Origin: a virus | Virus record (IMG/VR): IMGVR_UViG_3300042887_001883 | Coordinates: 1 to 64,000 of that record | Reading direction: 5' to 3' (one strand) | Length of the DNA stretch: 64,000 bases | In this document: piece by piece, positions 1 to 7,700 of the stretch | Position numbering within the stretch: position 1 is the first letter of the stretch | How the letters are laid out: each line of letters starts with the position of its first letter | The notes under the pieces: generated by a model | Told to the model about the DNA's origin: nothing | Database searches by the model: none | What the model saw: only the letters and a program-made list of their open reading frames with translations | Position numbers and translations under genes: made by a program

Positions 1-120
1 TTTAGGTGATAATATAATCTTCTTACCTAAAAATACTCCCATATTAAACCCATCCTCTCCAGAGGATGCAGTTTGATTCAATTTATCAGGATTGGCATGA
101 TACTTATATAGATTTAACAT
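1..120 (-). CDS. Partial hypothetical protein (N-terminus only; continues beyond the window start)
   Basis: ATG at 118-120, 6 nt after the stop of the 127..906 gene. The frame is open to the edge: MLNLYKYHANPDKLNQTASSGEDGFNMGVFLGKKIILSPK. Confidence 0.6.
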   Translation of the reverse strand, partial: MLNLYKYHANPDKLNQTASSGEDGFNMGVFLGKKIILSPK

Positions 121-126
121 TATTAA

Positions 127-906
127 TTACCCATGATGATAATATTTCTTAATTAACATATTCAAAAATGTTGTGTACTGTGGGAATTTTGACAAATATT
201 CAATATCACCAGGTTTATTAACAATATTAACATTTTTTTCATCTTGAAATTCGTTACGTTCCAAATGTATACAGAACTTTTGATTACCAGCATTAATAAT
301 ATATAAATGTCCAGAATGATTATAATCATCAAATTTATTTTCTGATTCTTTAGCACTAACACACCATGTAGTACCACTACCATATTCTATAGAGGTAGCT
401 TCGTTCTTAGGAATAATAACCTTAAAATTGGGTGTGTCAAATAGAATATGAATATTACCTTCTTCCTGTTCAGCCTTTAATTTAGCATTTGACCATAATT
501 CATTAGTCACATATTTGGTCTTCATAGGGTCATGCGTTACAGCATGCTTTAAATCTAATACACTATAATGTGATAAATCTGTCTTCTCAATAACACCACG
601 TTGTTTCAATTTTTCAAATTCTGCAATATCAGTAGTCAATTCATGAATATCACCCATATGGAAATGTTGACCAATATACTGATTAATTAACCATTCAATA
701 TACTTTTTACCAATATTAGCAGATAAATATTTTACCAAATCTACAGCATTACTAAATTGTGGTTTATTAGATTTATCATTATTATATGCAGTCATAATAT
801 CTTTTTCAAATTTCTGACCTAAAACATCCTCTTTAGCCTCTACTATAATATTCCAATCTATCGGCATACCTGCCAATTCTAATAATCTATTTAAATCTTT
901 CTGCAT
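127..906 (-). CDS. Hypothetical phage protein with PcfJ-like 'G-x-x-T-x-W-C' region; possible head-packaged protein
   Basis: 259-aa ORF with motif PKNEATSIEYGSGTTWCVS...LYII and leader LNRLLELAG..IIVE|A. GATAAATA late-type promoter on the minus strand at 943-950. Confidence 0.6.
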   Translation of the reverse strand: MQKDLNRLLELAGMPIDWNIIVEAKEDVLGQKFEKDIMTAYNNDKSNKPQFSNAVDLVKYLSANIGKKYIEWLINQYIGQHFHMGDIHELTTDIAEFEKLKQRGVIEKTDLSHYSVLDLKHAVTHDPMKTKYVTNELWSNAKLKAEQEEGNIHILFDTPNFKVIIPKNEATSIEYGSGTTWCVSAKESENKFDDYNHSGHLYIINAGNQKFCIHLERNEFQDEKNVNIVNKPGDIEYLSKFPQYTTFLNMLIKKYYHHG

Positions 907-998
907 TATGATAATTCCCGTGAAGAATAATATGAATTCAATTATTTATCATTGTTTAAGGGTAAAGATGGTTAGGATTATTAATATTAATATGATAT

Positions 999-1248
999 TG
1001 GTTATTATCATTATGATGAAACCATTAAGATGATTTAAAACCATTGATGTTGTTATGGTTATTATCATTAGGATGAAACCATTAAGATGATTAAAAGACC
1101 ATTGATGTTGTTATGGTTATTATCATTAGGATGAAACCATTAAGATGATTAAAAGACCATTGATGTTGTTATGGTTATTATCATTAGGATGATACCATTA
1201 AGATGATTAAAAACCATTGATGTTGTTATGGTTATTATCATTAGGATG
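999..1248. repeat. Non-coding tandem array of about 4.3 copies of a 57-58-bp unit
   Basis: Units start at 999, 1056, 1114, 1172 and 1229 (partial). Consensus TGGTTATTATCATTAGGATGAAACCATTAAGATGATTAAAAGACCATTGATGTTGTTA. No unique spacers. Confidence 0.95.
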
Positions 1249-1258
1249 GTAAAGAGAG

Positions 1259-1266
1259 AATAAATA
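1259..1266 (+). promoter_or_regulatory. T4-like late promoter (AATAAATA)
   Basis: Variant of TATAAATA about 30 nt upstream of the protease start. Confidence 0.55.
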
Positions 1267-1297
1267 CCGTATTGATATTTTAAAATAGGTTAAAACA

Positions 1298-1930
1298 ATG
1301 AAAACACAATTATTAGTAGAAGATATGTTACCTGACCAATCAGGATTTATTACCGAATCTGCCACTGATGGTAAAGATATGTATATCAGTGGAATTTTTA
1401 TGGAGAGTGGGGTAAAAAATAGGAATGGGAGGATTTACCAGCTTGAAGAAATGACTAATGCAGTCAAACAAGTTCAGGAAAATATTAAGAATAATCAAAT
1501 TTTTTGGGGCGAATTGGACCATAGTAATTCATTACAAATCTCAAGTGACCGTGTTTCGCATATGGTTACCGAATTGAGAATGGAAGGTAATCAAGTATTT
1601 GGTAAGGCCAAAATTTTAGATACCCCATGTGGTAAAATCGCCAAAGTTTTAATTAAAGAATCTGGTTCGCGTATGGGCGTATCCAGTAGAGGGTCAGGTT
1701 CGGTAGATGAATCTGGAGTCGTGTCAAATTTTTCACTAATTTCTGTGGATATTGTCCTAAATCCAAGTTGTGCATCTGCTGTCCCAACTGCAATTTATGA
1801 AAGTTTAGAAGCATCTATTAAAGGCCGCCATATTCTTACATTAGCTGAACAAATACAAGAAGATTCATCTGCACAAAAATATTTAGTTACTGAATTAAAA
1901 CAATGGATGAATAGTTTTTTGAAAAAATAA
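1298..1930 (+). CDS. gp21: Prohead core protein protease (T4 gp21-like)
   Basis: Motifs ISGIFME..KNRNGRIY, GELDH, RVSH, GKAKILDTPCG, GVSSRGSGS and DIVLNPS are typical of gp21. Confidence 0.95.
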   Translation: MKTQLLVEDMLPDQSGFITESATDGKDMYISGIFMESGVKNRNGRIYQLEEMTNAVKQVQENIKNNQIFWGELDHSNSLQISSDRVSHMVTELRMEGNQVFGKAKILDTPCGKIAKVLIKESGSRMGVSSRGSGSVDESGVVSNFSLISVDIVLNPSCASAVPTAIYESLEASIKGRHILTLAEQIQEDSSAQKYLVTELKQWMNSFLKK

Positions 1931-1947
1931 TATTCATCAATAATAAT

Positions 1948-1987
1948 AAACCATCTTAACCATAAAAATAAATGGTTAAGATGGTTT
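1948..1987. terminator. AT-rich hairpin after the protease gene (16-bp stem); possible terminator or protein-binding dyad
   Basis: AAACCATCTTAACCAT-N8-ATGGTTAAGATGGTTT, followed by TTATTA. Confidence 0.6.
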
Positions 1988-2009
1988 TTATTATGTACAT
2001 TATAAAACA

Positions 2010-2105
2010 TATAAATAGATATGGATTCGCGTAATTACCAGTTACCAATCCTCTAACCTTTTTTCAACCTTTAAACACTCGGAAGATTAGCATGAATCTA
2101 TTTAT
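2010..2105 (+). promoter_or_regulatory. Late promoter TATAAATA with a structured leader upstream of the endonuclease gene
   Basis: TATAAATA at 2010-2017. ATAAATAGAT (2011-2020) is the reverse complement of ATCTATTTAT (2096-2105). Internal hairpin GGATT..GTAAT-TACCA-GTTAC..AATCC. Confidence 0.55.
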
Positions 2106-2180
2106 GTATATTTTTACATATAATTTACAATTCGTCAATATATTCTTAATGTTTAGGTTACAACATATAGGATATATATT

Positions 2181-4193
2181 ATGTATACTCAACTTAATAC
2201 AAAAACACCATATTTTTATATAATTCGTCATATTATCACATCAAAAATGTATGCTGGGTGTAGATATGCTAAAAAATGTCACCCATCAGAATTATTACAA
2301 CCAGACGGATATCATACATCGTCAAAAATAATTAATAATATTATTAAATCCGAAGGATTGGTAGCATTTGAGATTTTAAGAATTGATACCAATTTAGATG
2401 GTTTTGCTGCCTATGAATATGAATCTGCGTTTTTAGATATTATGAAATGTGCAACCTCTGATACTTGGTATAATAAAACTAATAATAGTTCGACATTCGT
2501 ACAAGATAAAAATACGATATTAACATGTCAATATTGTAATATCTCTATGAACACACCATCTAATTTCATAAAATATCATGGTGACAACTGTAAACACAAC
2601 CCCAATCATAAATCAACTATATATACATGTGATTATTGTGATTATACTTCTACCGATAAATCTGTTATTACGAAATACCATAATGTTAAATGTAAAAAAC
2701 ATCCTAATTATGTACAACCACAAATAGAATGTGAACATTGTGGTGTTATTTGTGGCAATACTGCATCATATAAAACTCATCATGGTGATAATTGTCCAAA
2801 AAAACCAAATTATGTACCAGCATTTATTAAATCATGCGAACATTGTGGTAAGGTATGTACTTTACCATCTCAATATACTAGAAATCATGGTCACAAATGT
2901 CCTAAAAATCCCAATTATGACCCAGTGTTATATCATTGTGATTTTTGTAATAATGATGTTACTGATTTAACTGAATATAAAAGATACCATGGTGATAACT
3001 GCAATAGTAATCCCAATAAAGTAAAACAAGTATTTTATAAAACATGTGAATTTTGCGGACACAATTGTTCATCTAAACTATTATATACTAGAGACCATGG
3101 TGCTAAATGTTTAAAGAATCCTGATTATACTCCACCAATATATCATTGTGATTGTTGTGGTCAAGATGTGTTAACTTTAACTGCATTAAAACGATTCCAT
3201 GGAGTGAAATGTAAAAAACATCCAAATTATGTTGCGGTTAAAGATGTAACATGTGAACATTGTGGGGTAGAATCCAATAAATTACTTTATAGTTTATATC
3301 ATGGTGAAAAATGCAAAAGTAACCCAAATTATGTTACCACTACAATTAAATGTGAATGGTGTGGTTATGACTGTCCTACACAATCTGAATACACTAAACG
3401 GCATGGAAATAATTGTAAAAAACATCCTGAATATAAACCAACCATTTATAAAATATGTGAGGAATGTGGTACATCATGTGAAAATAAATCACAATATAAA
3501 AATCATGGAAAGAATTGTACACAAAATATAACCTCAACATATTGTGAATATTGCAACAGAACAATTACACACAAAATGAATTTTAAAGAATATCATGGTG
3601 AAAACTGTAACCAACATCCAAAAAATTTGGTAATATATGAGTGTGGTGTGTGTGGAACCATATTATCTACACAAGGTAGTTATAATAGACATAAAAAAAC
3701 GTGTAAATTTAAATATGTTATTTTAAAAATAATATCTATATGTGATAAAGATACCATGAATCCATTATTAGATTATCCAATTACTAATAATAAGGTTACA
3801 GTCAATAAATCAAAGAAACCAATAAAATATGATACTACAGAAAAAAGAGGGTCTATGTATGGTAGACTTGGGGTTGATAATCCAAATTATGGTAAAACAT
3901 TATCAGTTGAACATAAAAAGAAAATTAGTGATGGATGTAAAAATAAAAATATTGGTGCCGCTAATAAGTCTGCTATTGAATATCACTTAACAGACCCCAC
4001 TGGCAATTTACATATTATAAAAGGAGGATTTGAAAAATTTTGTAAGGAACATAATATTTCCGAAAAAGTTTTAAGACGACATATGAATAAAGGTATTATA
4101 CCAACTATTGAAAGTAGCAGTTCTACCGAAAAAAGTAGAAACACATATGGATGGTCTGGCACCAACATTGGTAAGGTTAACGTAAAATCTTAA
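2181..4193 (+). CDS. GIY-YIG (Seg-like) homing endonuclease with 12 tandem C2HC zinc fingers, a NUMOD3-like motif and a C-terminal DNA-binding-like domain
   Basis: N-terminal YFY-x10-YAG..GYHTSS..YE..WYNKT. Twelve C-x2-C-x12/13-H-x3-C units at nt 2526-3704. NPNYGKTLSVEHKKKIS is NUMOD3-like. SD-like AGGA upstream. Confidence 0.8.
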   Translation: MYTQLNTKTPYFYIIRHIITSKMYAGCRYAKKCHPSELLQPDGYHTSSKIINNIIKSEGLVAFEILRIDTNLDGFAAYEYESAFLDIMKCATSDTWYNKTNNSSTFVQDKNTILTCQYCNISMNTPSNFIKYHGDNCKHNPNHKSTIYTCDYCDYTSTDKSVITKYHNVKCKKHPNYVQPQIECEHCGVICGNTASYKTHHGDNCPKKPNYVPAFIKSCEHCGKVCTLPSQYTRNHGHKCPKNPNYDPVLYHCDFCNNDVTDLTEYKRYHGDNCNSNPNKVKQVFYKTCEFCGHNCSSKLLYTRDHGAKCLKNPDYTPPIYHCDCCGQDVLTLTALKRFHGVKCKKHPNYVAVKDVTCEHCGVESNKLLYSLYHGEKCKSNPNYVTTTIKCEWCGYDCPTQSEYTKRHGNNCKKHPEYKPTIYKICEECGTSCENKSQYKNHGKNCTQNITSTYCEYCNRTITHKMNFKEYHGENCNQHPKNLVIYECGVCGTILSTQGSYNRHKKTCKFKYVILKIISICDKDTMNPLLDYPITNNKVTVNKSKKPIKYDTTEKRGSMYGRLGVDNPNYGKTLSVEHKKKISDGCKNKNIGAANKSAIEYHLTDPTGNLHIIKGGFEKFCKEHNISEKVLRRHMNKGIIPTIESSSSTEKSRNTYGWSGTNIGKVNVKS

Positions 4194-4205
4194 CAAACTA
4201 TTTTT

Positions 4206-4242
4206 AACCCTTCTAACCATCAATATAATGGTTAGAAGGGTT
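4206..4242. terminator. AT-rich hairpin just after the endonuclease stop, related in sequence to the 1948-1987 hairpin
   Basis: AACCCTTCTAACCAT-N7-ATGGTTAGAAGGGTT followed by TTT. Confidence 0.6.
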
Positions 4243-4279
4243 TTTATATTCTTCATTATTTACAATTATCAAATAGTAT

Positions 4280-4310
4280 AAAAAAAGCCCCTCCTACGGA
4301 GGGGCTTTTT
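4280..4310. terminator. Bidirectional rho-independent terminator
   Basis: A7-GCCCCTCC-TAC-GGAGGGGC-T5 between convergent genes. Confidence 0.9.
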
Positions 4311-4337
4311 CAAAGTATCTTAATTATTAAGTATCAA

Positions 4338-4655
4338 TTAATAATCTTCATCATCTTCATCTTTTGATGATTTTTCACTAGAATCATTTTCATCATCTAG
4401 TTCATCTTCATCATCTTGATTTTCATCATCATTTTCACTAGACTCATTTTCATCATCTAGTTCATCTTCATCATCTTGATTTTCTTCACTATTTTCTTCA
4501 TCATCTAAAGAATCTTCTTCATCATCTTCATCAGATTCAATTAGTTTAGATAGTTTATTAGTGACATACTCGTGAAATACTGATTCTGCTAGAACAAGGT
4601 CTTCATTGACAATAGCCGAAACCATTTCATCAATTTTATCTAAATGTGTAGTCAT
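4338..4655 (-). CDS. Small highly acidic protein, probable prohead core protein (gp67/gp68-like)
   Basis: Helical N-terminus, then a D/E-rich tail with a 60-bp internal duplication. L-I-E possible protease site. SD GGAG and TATAAATA (minus strand, 4699-4706) upstream. Confidence 0.6.
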   Translation of the reverse strand: MTTHLDKIDEMVSAIVNEDLVLAESVFHEYVTNKLSKLIESDEDDEEDSLDDEENSEENQDDEDELDDENESSENDDENQDDEDELDDENDSSEKSSKDEDDEDY

Positions 4656-4736
4656 ATTTTTAAGGCTCCGTTAACGGTTGTATATAATCATGATAATATA
4701 TTTATATCAAAATGATTACGGTATGATTTTTTGATG

Positions 4737-4753
4737 TATTTATATTATAAATA
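4737..4753. promoter_or_regulatory. Back-to-back late promoters
   Basis: TATTTATA (4737-4744, minus-strand TATAAATA) and TATAAATA (4746-4753). Confidence 0.7.
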
Positions 4754-4784
4754 TAGGATACAAATTATCATTAGGGTAAAAAAG

Positions 4785-7700
4785 ATGGCTGAATTGAATG
4801 ACCAATATCTAAATAGTTTAAGAGTTGCATTATTCCAATTTACGAGGGAATCTAGTAATTTTACATCAGTATTGTCAGAAGTATTTGATAATTTAAATAC
4901 ATCATCATCACAATCATCCAGACAAATTGATAATAGTACCAAATCTGTTAAAGGATTTGGAGATGCTATTTCATCATCATCTACCTATTTAAAAGATTTT
5001 AAAAGTTATGTATCTAATAATAGTAAGAATATAGCAGAATCCTCTAAGGCTGTTAAAGAGTATACATCACAATTATCAGAATTAAAACAAAAAAGTGTTG
5101 ATATTAATAGAAATTGGGGAGCATTGAATAGTGCACTAAGAAATAATATTGCTGCTTCGGAATCATCAACAAGGCAACACGAGCTTAATAAGGCTATATT
5201 ATCTAAAGAGTATGCCGAGGCTGACCAACGGTTTAAGGATGCCCGAAATATTAGTGGTGCTTTGGCTAGTGATACTCTTGCATTAGGAGAAGCTGCTGGA
5301 AAATTAAAAAAACAATTAGATGATTTAACTAATTTACAAATTGGAAAGATTGACCTTAATGCTCAAATCAAAACCCAGAATCAAGAATTATATAAGAACA
5401 TATATGATACCTTTGGTAATTCATTATTAACCATTGATAGTTTAATAAATGAAAAGACCTCATCATGGAAAGGATTAAAAGGTAGCATTGATGAATTAGC
5501 TAGGGATGCATTTAAAGATACATCATTAAACATATCAAAAGAATTCCAGAAGAATGGTATTCCAGGATTGCATGATTATAATAAGGCATTAGCGGAGGCT
5601 TTATTATCATTAGAACGTACTGGTGGAGTCATTGATGAGAGTAATTTTTTAATTATTGATAAATTTCAACAATTTGCGGAAAAGGTTGGAGATAGTTCAG
5701 AATATGTAAAAAATATCAATACTGCTTTAAATGCTCATGTTAAGAGTATTGTAGATGGTAAAACACCTGAAGAGGCTAAAACCTCTATAAGTGGTGATAT
5801 TGTTGATAAATTGACAGAATCATATCAAGGTAATATAGAAGCATTAGATAAGTTTAGTAAGAGCATTAATAAGACTTTTACGAAACATCAGATAGCATTT
5901 TCTACTATTATAGATAAACAATTATCTGAACAAAGTAATATCTTTGGTAAATTTATCTATAATTTTGGTAAGGGTGCGGTGCAGGGTGGTGCTGGTGGTA
6001 CTGAGGGTATGACTAATGCTTTGAATCAATTTACTGGTTCATTGAGAGAAGGTATATTACCAGCATTAAAGAGTATTGCATTAGGTTCTAAGGATTATAT
6101 AACATCTGAGGCTCAGGCATTATTTAATGGTATTAAATTAGATAGGGTATCATCACAAAAATTACAAGAGGGTGATTCAGCAGCATTAAAAAAATTAGGA
6201 GATTCTAAGGCTATTTGGCAGAATATGTCAGGTGGTATTGATGACTTTACTAAACAACAATTAGATACATCAAAAACATTTAGGGATGTTATTGGTGTTG
6301 ATGCTGAGATGCGTACTAAAGAGTTTGTAGAATTGATGAAGACTCAACAATCCCTTGGTGTATTAGATACTTCTGGTAAGGGTGGTGCTGAAAATGAAAA
6401 AAAATTAAAAGATATATTAAATGAGGCTAAAAAGATATCTGATGCTGGTATTTACAGTCAGACACAAACATTAGAAATATTTAATAATACGGTACGGTCT
6501 GCCGAATTTTTGAAAGTTTCTGCAGGTATGGATAAAAAACGACGCACTGCCCAAGAAATGGAGGTTATGACTACCATTAAATTTGCCAGTGCCTTGAATA
6601 TGTCTACTGAGGCTGCAAAAGCCTTTGCTATAGCATCTGCTTCTGCTGGTGCTAATTTGTCACCACAACAAATGATATCGAATGTAGCAACGACATTAAA
6701 AACTCAAAATATATTAGATTATTATGCTAAAGAATTGGGGGTTAAATCTGAGATTTCTGATATAGACCGTTCTAAAATGACGGAAATTGAAAATAAACCT
6801 GCCCAAATGCGTACTGACCAAGAAAAAGAGTTTTTTAATGAATTCTTGTTGAAGATGGTTAAACAAAATCAGGATGAACAAGCTAGATTAACTGAATTAT
6901 CAAAAGAAGCTGAGGCTCGTGGTGATAAAGCTGCTGTACAACAATATTCTGCTATGTCGGTACAATTAGCTAATCAATTTGATACCTCTATTGCAGAATA
7001 TAGTGGTGGTGAAAAAGATATTATTGCGGCATATGTTAAACAGTATCCAACAATGGATATGGCAAAAATCGAAAAAGACCGTAAAGAGGGTGAAACATTA
7101 ACACAGGCTATTGTTCGCCAAATGGACAAAAAAAGTGAAGAAAAGACGACAGAAAAAGATACCTTATATAATGATACTATTATAAACTTATCATCATTAG
7201 CGGCACAATGGAAGGCATTTACCGAAAATATTGTTGGTTCTAATATTTTAGCATTAGGAACTGCAGCATTAGGTATTTTATCAGTTGTTGCAGATTTGGG
7301 GGTATTAGCCAAAATGTTCGGTGGTGCGGCTGCCGTTGCCGAAGGTGGAGCTGCCGTTGCTGCTGCGGGAACTGCGGCGGGAGTCGCTGGTACTGCCGGT
7401 ATGGGTGCGGCAGCAGTAGCATTATTACCAGAATTGTTAGCAGCATTAGGGATTGCCGGGGGTGTTGCATTGTTTGCCTATGGTGCTAAAGGATTATATG
7501 ACAGTTTCTTTGGTGAGGGGGATAAAAAAGAAGACCGTGGTGATGCTATTCATGGTATTGTGGATGTTAATAATTTAGATATCTATACAAATCAGACTAC
7601 TGATGCTATTGATACACAGACACAAGAATTATTAAAAGGATTTACCAGTATTATGGGAAATCCAGATGATGTTAAAAATGCTATTAATAATAATTCTGTA

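Noticed and set aside
999-1248. CRISPR array
   Set aside because: Units are contiguous and nearly identical over their whole length, with no unique spacers and no cas genes in the window.
2021-2095. tRNA gene in the GC-richer intergenic stretch
   Set aside because: No cloverleaf, T-loop GTTC motif or acceptor stem could be formed. Treated as a leader hairpin instead.
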